This document shows, in pieces, positions 25,477 to 32,558 of a stretch of 60,066 bases of DNA. Origin of the DNA: Candidatus Omnitrophota bacterium (GTDB taxonomy: Bacteria > Omnitrophota > Gorgyraeia > Gygaellales > Profunditerraquicolaceae); assembly GCA_040754615.1 (NCBI GenBank), contig JBFMBZ010000044.1:1-60066 (forward strand). Direction: 5' to 3'. The position numbers and the translations under genes were made by a program. The notes beneath the pieces are model-generated. The model worked only from the letters and a program-made list of their open reading frames with translations, was not told where the DNA came from and did no database searches. Position 1 is the first letter of the stretch, and every line of letters starts with the position of its first letter.

Positions 25477-25505
25477 ATTATATTTAATATCTTTTACTTT
25501 GTCAA
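25477..25505 (-). promoter_or_regulatory. Perfect-consensus sigma70 promoter TTGACA-17 nt-TATAAT
   Basis: Minus strand: TTGACA aagtaaaagatattaaa TATAAT. It lies just after the MazG-like stop and upstream of the terminator hairpin and PAS gene. Confidence 0.6.
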
Positions 25506-25510
25506 ACTCT

Positions 25511-25819
25511 TTAAAATTTTTTCCCGTGCCTGTGCGGCCTGGTCTTATTAAAATCTATTTTCTTGAGCAGGGTCTCTTCCAGGTCAATGCCCCGCGCACC
25601 GCAATAATCAAAAATACGGATGCAGCAATCCGCCAGCTCTTCGGCAACCTCGTCTTTTGTGCCGTGGTTACGCATTGCCTCCAGCGCCTCGGATAATTCC
25701 GAGTGCATTAACGCAATGAGCTCTCCGTCATTACGTTCGTTTTCCCACCATCCTTTTTCTTTGGCAATACGATGGCAAGTGGCGATGAAATCATTTATTT
25801 TCCATACTTTCCTGTTCAT
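25511..25819 (-). CDS. MazG-like nucleoside triphosphate pyrophosphohydrolase (small all-alpha NTP-PPase)
   Basis: 102 aa. ELIALMHSELSEALEAMR...EVAEELADCCIRIFDY is the EExxE...ExxD metal-binding helix pair of the MazG fold. Confidence 0.65.
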   Translation of the reverse strand: MNRKVWKINDFIATCHRIAKEKGWWENERNDGELIALMHSELSEALEAMRNHGTKDEVAEELADCCIRIFDYCGARGIDLEETLLKKIDFNKTRPHRHGKKF

Positions 25820-26258
25820 CGGCTATTCCTTCCTCTACTTTTGGTTCTAATGCTTTTTTTAAGTAGGAATATAACTTCTTTGAAACCAACTCGTTAGCAT
25901 AAGTGCTCGGGGAAGAGACTTCCAGCTTAGTTCTCCCCGGGCCTGCTTCGCTAAAGAATACCCCTACCGGCGTGGTATCTTCCTCTGAAACATAAACCGC
26001 GATTAATTTCTTTGCTGCGTCTTCGGTATAGATATAGGCTCCTATATCAGCCAGCCCTGCTTTTGCGTTCTGGTAGCATACTTCATAACTGCAGTTAAAA
26101 GTCTCGCTGACAGCGTCTTTGCGGCTTGCCTCTATCTCCCTTGTAGAAATCCCCAAAAACCCCCTCGTCTTCTCCTTCGCCGTAGTACAGCCGTAAAAAA
26201 AGAAAAAGGAAGCGGTAAAAACTAAAATTAACCCGAAATTAAGAATTGATAATTTCAT
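25791..26258 (-). CDS. Putative lipoprotein (unknown function)
   Basis: Signal peptide with lipobox FFFYGC. Start set at the ATG (MKLSIL) 7 nt after GGAGG. The track start at 26270 is a TTG inside the ribosome-binding site. Confidence 0.6.
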   Translation of the reverse strand: MKLSILNFGLILVFTASFFFFYGCTTAKEKTRGFLGISTREIEASRKDAVSETFNCSYEVCYQNAKAGLADIGAYIYTEDAAKKLIAVYVSEEDTTPVGVFFSEAGPGRTKLEVSSPSTYANELVSKKLYSYLKKALEPKVEEGIADEQESMENK

Positions 26259-26273
26259 TTTATCCTCCAATTT

Positions 26274-26391
26274 TAGAAACAGTTTCCGAGTTGTTCGGGA
26301 AAGTGGGCACTAAGGCACTTATGCTTCTAGTCTATTCCACTGTCCCGATTAGCATAGAAACAGTTTCCCGATTGAAATGGAAACTGTTTCT
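26274..26391. repeat. Three copies of a 13-bp palindromic element AGAAACAGTTTCC / GGAAACTGTTTCT (candidate operator or alternative RNA pairing)
   Basis: Copies at 26274-26287, 26355-26368 and 26379-26391. The last two form a perfect 13-bp inverted repeat with a 10-nt spacer. The first abuts the ribosome-binding site of the lipoprotein gene. Confidence 0.6.
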
Positions 26392-26394
26392 GTG

Positions 26395-28410
26395 CTATTC
26401 ATTTATCACATGCAAAATCTTATCCAGATTTTTGCGCGCCTCTTCTTCTCCCCTCGCCGCAAACTCCCCTGCCTTATGTAATTCCAGCCAATACAGCCCC
26501 GAGGTATCCGGGTGAAGGACCACATCCGCAAGAAGCGCTTCTCTTTGCGCTACTTCAGACTGCAGTATCTCTACGCTGCTAAAAATAATATCAAGTATAT
26601 TGACCTTAAATATACCTTTTAAATGCTCTTTCAAACTGAACCACCTTCGCTTTTTTATATCCTCGGGTATATCCACCTTGATTTCTTTTTTAAGCTTTTC
26701 ATACTGCTTTAAGACATCTTCCCTGGAAGGCGTAACATTAACGGCGATAATCTTTTTTACCCCCATCTTTAAAAGAACCTCGGTAGGCAGCGGATTAATC
26801 ACCCCGCCGTCAAAAAGCATCTCCTCCTTGAATTTAAAAGGCGCAAATACCCCCGGCATACTGCAGCTTGCCATAATCGCATCTACAAGTAAGCCTGTAT
26901 CCAATACCCGGGGCTCTTTCCTTTTCACGTCGCTGGCGATAACTTTCAAAGGAATCTTTGTATCATAAAAAGTTTTTTCTCCCAGGTGTTTTTTCAAAAA
27001 CCGGTGCAGCTTTGTGCCTTTTATAAAACCGAGGCGCGGAAAGGTTAAATCAATGAGGCCCCAGATATGCTTGGGCTCCCTGAATTCTTTGGTAATTTCC
27101 AGTATCTCTGCGCTTGTTTTTCCTATTGCCCAGAGGCAGGCGATAAGGGCGCCTATGCTTGTCCCGGCAATGATATCAATGGGTATCTTTTCTTCCTCAA
27201 TTACCTTTAAGACGCCTATATGGCAGAATCCATAAGCTACCCCTATCCCAAACACAAGCCCTACCTGGCACTCCCCGATTTGCCGGGAAATGCGCCGCAC
27301 CGTGCGGGCGTATTCGCAATTGGGCTCATCCAAGACCAGCTTGTCAGAGCGGCTCAAATCCATATGCGGCAGGGTGGCAAATACATTTTTACCGAGCACG
27401 CCCACCTGCTCAACGTGAGAGAGCTTGGTAAATTTATACTCGTTGATGATAATGTTGATTTTTTCTTCTTCAAAATTGAACTCCTCTTTAAGCCGCTTAA
27501 TTAAATTATGGGTCTTCTCCAGGTCCAGCTCATCGGGACTGGAAAGTATGTGGATTAAATCTGACTGGTTAAGGATGCTGAAGATATTCCTGTCCATCAC
27601 CGAAGGCAAGTCCAGGATTAAATAATGGTAATCATTTACTAGTAAGCTTAAAATTCCCAGAAGGCTCTTTACGCAGGAATACTCTTGTGGGTTATAATGA
27701 AAACAGATTAAGTCTATGCCGAAGCTGTTGGTTAAGATAAATTCCTTTGCCCGCCTGGTATTCTCGGAAAAATCAGCGCAAAGGTTAATGGCCTTTTCTT
27801 GCGTAATTTCCAGCCTTCTGGTGAGGCTGTGCTTTTTATCTTCGGGAAGGACATCAAGGATAATTACCCTTTTACGGGTCTCCTTCTGAATGCTTAATGC
27901 CAGGTTAAGGGCGTAAGCTGTTTTTCCTGCCTGCGAATAAGAGCTGAAGACAGAAATAATCGTACTCTCAAAGATTGTCTTCTGGTGCAGGTCTTTGTGT
28001 TTTAGCCTTCGCGACAATACACGGCTCAAATCAATGGCAAGGTGGGGGATTTTCTGCAGGATAAAATCAAAATCTGACTTGCCTATAGTTAGGACCAGGG
28101 AATCGTTTAAGGCCTGGGACGTAACCGAATGCGGCTCATTGGTAAGAAGCGAAATAATCCCGAAATATTTTCCGCGGTGCAGGTATTCCAATATGGTTTT
28201 ATTTCCGGCATTATCCTGCGTGTAAATTATAACTCTGCCCAGGATAAGCGCGTAAAAACCGCTCGGGACAGAGCCTTCCTGATAGATGATTTCACCCTTC
28301 TTATACTCCCTGAGAGAACTCTTTTCTTTTATAATCCTGATCTGCCGCTCTGAGAGAGAAGAAAATAAAGGGATTTCTTTAAGTATTATATCTTTATTCA
28401 GTAATTCCAT
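26395..28410 (-). CDS. Cyclic-nucleotide-binding domain / ParA-MinD-like P-loop domain / patatin-like phospholipase fusion protein
   Basis: The N-terminal cNMP-binding beta-barrel region (GEIIYQEGSVPSGFYALILGRV...) is assigned by pattern. The middle has IISVFSSYSQAGKTAYALNLA...RVIILDV and YLILDLP (deviant Walker A/B). The C-terminus has GLVFGIGVAYGFCHIGVL (oxyanion Gly-rich motif), GTSIG (GxSxG) and a DGG Asp motif. Confidence 0.8.
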   Translation of the reverse strand: MELLNKDIILKEIPLFSSLSERQIRIIKEKSSLREYKKGEIIYQEGSVPSGFYALILGRVIIYTQDNAGNKTILEYLHRGKYFGIISLLTNEPHSVTSQALNDSLVLTIGKSDFDFILQKIPHLAIDLSRVLSRRLKHKDLHQKTIFESTIISVFSSYSQAGKTAYALNLALSIQKETRKRVIILDVLPEDKKHSLTRRLEITQEKAINLCADFSENTRRAKEFILTNSFGIDLICFHYNPQEYSCVKSLLGILSLLVNDYHYLILDLPSVMDRNIFSILNQSDLIHILSSPDELDLEKTHNLIKRLKEEFNFEEEKINIIINEYKFTKLSHVEQVGVLGKNVFATLPHMDLSRSDKLVLDEPNCEYARTVRRISRQIGECQVGLVFGIGVAYGFCHIGVLKVIEEEKIPIDIIAGTSIGALIACLWAIGKTSAEILEITKEFREPKHIWGLIDLTFPRLGFIKGTKLHRFLKKHLGEKTFYDTKIPLKVIASDVKRKEPRVLDTGLLVDAIMASCSMPGVFAPFKFKEEMLFDGGVINPLPTEVLLKMGVKKIIAVNVTPSREDVLKQYEKLKKEIKVDIPEDIKKRRWFSLKEHLKGIFKVNILDIIFSSVEILQSEVAQREALLADVVLHPDTSGLYWLELHKAGEFAARGEEEARKNLDKILHVINE

Positions 28411-28411
28411 A

Positions 28412-29632
28412 TTATTCTAACTTTGCGTCTCTTGCAACTACCGCAAATTTCTTTGCGCTCTCCCGTACAGTCCTTTTATAAGTAGAGTAATCTACCTCAA
28501 TAAGGCCGAAGCGCGCTCCAAATCCCTTATCCCACTCAAAGTTATCTAAAAGAGACCAGTAGATATAACCCATTACCTTCACGCCTTTAGCCATCGCCCG
28601 GTAGACTTCTGCCAGGTGCGAAGAGATAAATCCCCAGCGCAGCTCGTCATCTTCGGTACAGATACCATTCTCAAGGATAAATACCGGCTTTTTATATTTC
28701 TTTAATTTCAAAAGCAGTTTATAAAGGCCTTGCGGATAAATATCCCAGCCCAGCGAGTTCTTTTTCAATTCGCCATGTTCTTCTTTGCAGACATCAACCA
28801 GCAGGCTCCTGATGCCCCAATTAGCTGCATCCACGATGCTATGCGTATAATAATTAATCCCGATAAAATCAAGGGACCTGCGATGCGATAAAGTATCCAG
28901 GAGGGAAAAATTAAAAGATTTATTCCTTAAGAAAACAGCTACTTTGTTTCTTAAATTCTTCCTGCAGGGGGTAAAATCCTGCAGGTTCTTTGCTATGCTC
29001 ACCGAAGGAGAAGCCAGCCCTCTCGCCTTATAAAGCTGGTGTATTTTCCTGTACGCTCCTATGTGGGCAGAGATTAAATTGCGTTTTACCCTTACTGCGG
29101 AAAGAAGCGACTTCTCCTGGGGCGGCCAGGCTCCTAAAATATAGGCATGATAAATATACACCATAGGCTCATTGATAGTAACCCAGTATTTGACGTGGTC
29201 AGATAAAGCCTGAGTAATAGCCGAAACAAAACGCAGGAAATAGATAATGTTATTTTTATTCTTCCATCCGCCTTTTTGAGCAAACCATATAGGAGAGGTA
29301 AAATGATGCAGCGTGACTATAGGCTCGATATTTCGCTCTCTAAGGCTTACGATAACATCGCGGTAGTGGCTTATTTCCCTTTCGGAGAATACGCCTTCTT
29401 CGGGCTCTACGCGGCTCCATTCGATAGAGAGGCGGTGGGCGTTATGATTAAGGGATTTGGCTAAATCAAAGTCCTGCTTATAAAATTCGTAGTGCCGGCA
29501 GGCGCTTGCCGAAGGCTCTTTTAAGCGCACCCTTCTCTCCCACTCCCACCAGTCGCTGTTAAAGTTATTCCCTTCCACCTGATAGGCGGAAGTAGCAGCG
29601 CCAAAGAAGAAATCTTTAGGGAATTCAATCAT
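28412..29632 (-). CDS. Glycoside hydrolase family 1 (beta-glucosidase/beta-galactosidase)
   Basis: FFFGAATSAYQVEGN, the acid/base motif TINEP, the nucleophile motif ILENG and WSLLDNFEW are all GH1 signatures. Confidence 0.9.
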   Translation of the reverse strand: MIEFPKDFFFGAATSAYQVEGNNFNSDWWEWERRVRLKEPSASACRHYEFYKQDFDLAKSLNHNAHRLSIEWSRVEPEEGVFSEREISHYRDVIVSLRERNIEPIVTLHHFTSPIWFAQKGGWKNKNNIIYFLRFVSAITQALSDHVKYWVTINEPMVYIYHAYILGAWPPQEKSLLSAVRVKRNLISAHIGAYRKIHQLYKARGLASPSVSIAKNLQDFTPCRKNLRNKVAVFLRNKSFNFSLLDTLSHRRSLDFIGINYYTHSIVDAANWGIRSLLVDVCKEEHGELKKNSLGWDIYPQGLYKLLLKLKKYKKPVFILENGICTEDDELRWGFISSHLAEVYRAMAKGVKVMGYIYWSLLDNFEWDKGFGARFGLIEVDYSTYKRTVRESAKKFAVVARDAKLE

Positions 29633-29657
29633 AATAAATACAATTATAGCATCTACA

Positions 29658-29685
29658 AATAAAAAATCCCAACAAAATGTTGGGA
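29658..29685 (-). terminator. Intrinsic terminator forming the riboswitch expression platform
   Basis: Minus strand: TCCCAACA tttt GTTGGGA TTTTTTATTT, ending about 25 nt before the GH1 ATG. Confidence 0.7.
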
Positions 29686-29694
29686 CCTTAAGCA

Positions 29695-29826
29695 GGCCGA
29701 TAAAGGTACGAGACTCATCCCTCCCTTTAGCTTCGGCAACTCAGCCACCTTACTCAAGGTGCTCTTTTGAGGTTAGGTCTGTAAGTTTTGCGTCCCCCAG
29801 TTTCCCGGGGTTTGCCCTTATCGGCC
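29695..29826 (-). promoter_or_regulatory. c-di-GMP-I (GEMM-I) riboswitch aptamer
   Basis: RNA reads AAGGGCAAACC-CCGG-GAAA-CUGG-GGGACGCAAAACUUACAG-ACCUAACC-...-GUAAGGUGGCUGAGUUGCCGA. From memory it aligns block by block with the Vc2 aptamer (GGGCAAACC..GAAA..GGGACGCAAAGCC..CCUAAACC..GGUAGGUAGCGGGGUUACCGA). A GNRA loop and receptor helix are present, plus an outer GGCCGAUAAGG/CCUUUAUCGGCC stem. Confidence 0.85.
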
Positions 29827-29833
29827 TAATTAA

Positions 29834-29862
29834 AGTATACATTAAATCAGAAAGATTTTCAA
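29834..29862 (-). promoter_or_regulatory. Sigma70-type promoter TTGAAA-17 nt-TATACT driving the riboswitch transcript
   Basis: Minus strand: TTGAAA atctttctgatttaatg TATACT ttaatta GGCCGA. The predicted +1 is the first G of the outer riboswitch stem. Confidence 0.55.
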
Positions 29863-29873
29863 GACAGCGGGCT

Positions 29874-30311
29874 CTATCTTCTTTTCTTTTTTACGGGTTC
29901 GGGGTTTAGCTGGGTGCTTAATACCTCCCAGGTCTGGGGGCCGACTTTACCGTCAACTTTAAGGCTGTTGGCCTTCTGAAATTCTTCAATGGCCTTTTTA
30001 GTCATAGGCCCTGCCTTACCGTCTATTTCTCCGGCGTAATAACCCGCGTTCTTCAGGGCAGTTTGAATCTCAATGTTGGTGGGTTTATACGGCCCGGCAG
30101 GCGGCAAAGGCGCGAGGTCCCCTGGCTTTGCGTTTTGCGCCTCGCTAACTTGCGCTTTGGGTTCGGCCGTGATAGCGGGAGAACCGGTCAGAGTGCTTAA
30201 CTCCTCCATAGATAATGGCTCCGGCATTTGCGTAACATCCGTTTCTTTTTGTCCACAACCAAAGACGCAAATACTAAAAAATATGACCATGACAACTACC
30301 GCGTATTTCAT
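29874..30311 (-). CDS. Lipoprotein with C-terminal peptidoglycan-binding (PG_binding_1) domain
   Basis: Lipobox VFGCG. IQTALKNAGYYAGEIDGKAGPMTKKAIEEFQKANSLKVDGKVGPQTW is the PGB1 repeat. Start set at MKYAVV (30311), 6 nt after AGGAGG. Confidence 0.8.
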   Translation of the reverse strand: MKYAVVVMVIFFSICVFGCGQKETDVTQMPEPLSMEELSTLTGSPAITAEPKAQVSEAQNAKPGDLAPLPPAGPYKPTNIEIQTALKNAGYYAGEIDGKAGPMTKKAIEEFQKANSLKVDGKVGPQTWEVLSTQLNPEPVKKKRR

Positions 30312-30336
30312 TAAACTCCTCCTTCCATACAGATGG

Positions 30337-30411
30337 AACACCGACCCTTCCTTTAAGGTCGGGTGTTAACTGCCAGGCGAAACACCGGCCCAACCGATAG
30401 GGCCGGGTGTT
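30337..30411. repeat. Two tandem, sequence-related stem-loops (AACACCCGRCC...GGYCGGTGTT)
   Basis: Hairpins at 30337-30367 and 30381-30411 share the AACACC/GGTGTT stem base. They lie between the MFS stop and the next ribosome-binding site. Neither has a strong U-tract. Confidence 0.55.
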
Positions 30412-30417
30412 AAATAT

Positions 30418-31620
30418 CTATGCTCTTCTAATCCCGGGGTAAAACAAATTCAGGAATAAAAGGTATGTTATACAGATAGAGCCGCCGAGCATAATCGTAA
30501 ACGAAATCCCAATATACTTTGAAAGCCCTCCTATAACAAGGCTGCCCAAAGGAGCAAAAACCGACAGGATTATCACAAATAAGCTCATTACCCTGCCCCG
30601 GAATTCTTCTGTCACATTAAGCTGTAGCAACGTATTCACCAGGGCTGCGGAAGTAAAACGGGAGGCTCCTATAAACACTAAAGCCAGAAGCGAAAATGCA
30701 AATATCTTAGATAAGGAGAAGGCGACGACCGAAGAGGCAAAAATAAAAGCGGCAAACATAAGCAGCCTTCCCTTTGCTTTAAAATCTCCCATTTGGATTA
30801 AAATAAACCCTCCGATGAGTGCGCCAAACCCGGCAGAAGACATCAGCATGCCTAAGCCTTTTACATCTACCTTTAATATGCTCTTGGCGAAAATCGGCAT
30901 AAACGTGCCGTAGCCCGAACTAAAAAAAGTCACGACCGCAACCGTAACAAGCAGCATTAAGATAAGCCGGCTCTCCCTTAATATGTTGAGGCCCTCTTTT
31001 AAGCCCTGCCAAACTGTCTTTCCGGCGTTGCAAGAGATATCAATAACCTTTTTCCTTCTCACAAAGAAAAGCGATATTATTATGGCCAGCGAAGAAACGG
31101 CATTGGCGTAAAAACAGCTGGATATGCCCAACGAAGAAGCAATGATTCCGGCAAGCGCCGGGCCGATTACCTGGCTGGACTGAAAAGAAATTGAATTCAA
31201 GGTAATGGCATTAAAAAGCCTTTCCTTATCAACCAGTTCCCTTATAAACGCCTGCCTGCAGGGCAAATCAAAGGCCCTGACTATGCTGCTTAAAAAAGCA
31301 ATCAGCCCTACGTAAAAAGGAGTAATGAGGTTTGCCTGCGTTAACACGCCCAAGGTAAAGGCTAAGAGCATAAAAAAAGCCTGCGTGACGATTATAATTT
31401 TTTTCCTGTCTATCCTGTCGGCTAATACTCCTCCGAAAAGAGTCAGGCTAAACATGGGGACCGCGCCGATGAAATCAATTAACCCTAAAAGAAACGCCGA
31501 ATTGGTGAGTTTATAAATGAGCCAGCCCAGGGCAATGACCTGTATCCAGTCGCCGATTAAGACTATGGTCATACCAAACCAGTAGAGCCTGAAGTCCCTA
31601 ATTTTGAGCGCAGCGAGCAT
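30418..31620 (-). CDS. MFS transporter (EntS/MFS_3-like)
   Basis: 400 aa with 12 TM helices. The N-terminus FRLYWFGMTIVLIGDWIQVIALGWLIY is typical of this MFS subfamily. Starts 7 nt after the last hydrogenase-operon gene. Confidence 0.75.
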   Translation of the reverse strand: MLAALKIRDFRLYWFGMTIVLIGDWIQVIALGWLIYKLTNSAFLLGLIDFIGAVPMFSLTLFGGVLADRIDRKKIIIVTQAFFMLLAFTLGVLTQANLITPFYVGLIAFLSSIVRAFDLPCRQAFIRELVDKERLFNAITLNSISFQSSQVIGPALAGIIASSLGISSCFYANAVSSLAIIISLFFVRRKKVIDISCNAGKTVWQGLKEGLNILRESRLILMLLVTVAVVTFFSSGYGTFMPIFAKSILKVDVKGLGMLMSSAGFGALIGGFILIQMGDFKAKGRLLMFAAFIFASSVVAFSLSKIFAFSLLALVFIGASRFTSAALVNTLLQLNVTEEFRGRVMSLFVIILSVFAPLGSLVIGGLSKYIGISFTIMLGGSICITYLLFLNLFYPGIRRA

Positions 31621-31627
31621 TATTTTG

Positions 31628-32239
31628 TTATGATTTTAAAACTGCCTCCCGGCGGCAGCGCGGGCAGAGAATTTTTATTCTGTCAGGACGGTTAAATTCA
31701 ACTTCTTTTTCCGAAACAGGTTTCTCCTTTAAGGCGAGGTCGGAAGATTCAAGATAAGAAAGAATAAGCGAAGGGTTGGAAAAACATAATGGGCCCAGTC
31801 TCTTTGCCACCCACACATACTGGTCGACAGGCACAACGGGCTCTTGACAACAGGAACAGAGGACGAATTCTTTTTCTATGGCCTGCTTTAAATCTTCTCT
31901 TTTTTCCGTAGTGGCCAAATCAAATTCCCGGGAAAGGACTATGCCTTTTTTCGTCGGGCAATTGGCTTCGCACTGGCCGCAGAAAATACAGATATCCCAA
32001 TGCACGGTAAGGACCCTTTTTGGCTTCCCGTTTTCTTTCTTGTCCGCAAAATCAATCGCCCTTGCCGGACAAACCTGGCTGCAGGCAGTGCAGCCCATGC
32101 AGTCCTCTTCGTGAAAATAGGGCCTGCCGCGGAACCTCTCAAAAGGCGTATGCGGTTTAAAAGGAAAGGGGCTGGTGTAAGGCCCTTTTATTAATGCCCT
32201 GATTGCCTCTTTTAATTCCCTTAATTTAGGATACCTCAT
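31628..32239 (-). CDS. 2x[4Fe-4S] ferredoxin-type subunit (NuoI/HycF/MbhN-like) with Cys4 C-terminal extension
   Basis: Cluster motifs CMGCTACSQVCP and CIFCGQCEANCP, plus an extra CSCC...CPRC pair in a ~70-aa tail. Confidence 0.75.
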   Translation of the reverse strand: MRYPKLRELKEAIRALIKGPYTSPFPFKPHTPFERFRGRPYFHEEDCMGCTACSQVCPARAIDFADKKENGKPKRVLTVHWDICIFCGQCEANCPTKKGIVLSREFDLATTEKREDLKQAIEKEFVLCSCCQEPVVPVDQYVWVAKRLGPLCFSNPSLILSYLESSDLALKEKPVSEKEVEFNRPDRIKILCPRCRREAVLKS

Positions 32240-32558
32240 CTTCTTCGTATTTGTCGCAAACAGATTTTTCCCAAAGTTTTACCCCGGACTTATGCGCTCC
32301 CCGGGCGAGTGCATGGGCAGCCACAGGGGAAGTAAGCAATAAGAAAACGCCCACCATAACCGCTTTGATACCTGTAGGCGTAAGGCCCTTCAAGATGAAA
32401 GTGCCAAAAAGTATACTGCAAGTCCCTAATGTCACGCATTTTGTAGTTGCCTGAAGCCGGTTATAGACATCCGGCAGCCGCAAGAGCCCGACGCAGCCGA
32501 ATATATCAAAAAATAAACCTATGGCAATAAAAATGTAGGCTACAACCTCATTCATCAA
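32226..32558 (-). CDS. Mrp/Mnh antiporter subunit G-like (MbhC-like)
   Basis: 110 aa, 3 TM. GLLRLPDVYNRLQATTKCVTLG is the MnhG signature. Confidence 0.8.
   Translation of the reverse strand: MMNEVVAYIFIAIGLFFDIFGCVGLLRLPDVYNRLQATTKCVTLGTCSILFGTFILKGLTPTGIKAVMVGVFLLLTSPVAAHALARGAHKSGVKLWEKSVCDKYEEDEVS

Noticed and set aside
26395-28410. The patatin protein as a CBASS (CapV-like) anti-phage effector.
   Set aside because: No CD-NTase/cyclase, Cap2/Cap3 or other defence gene is adjacent. The neighbours are a GH1 glycosidase and a riboswitch. The cNMP-binding domain differs from the way CapV senses cGAMP.
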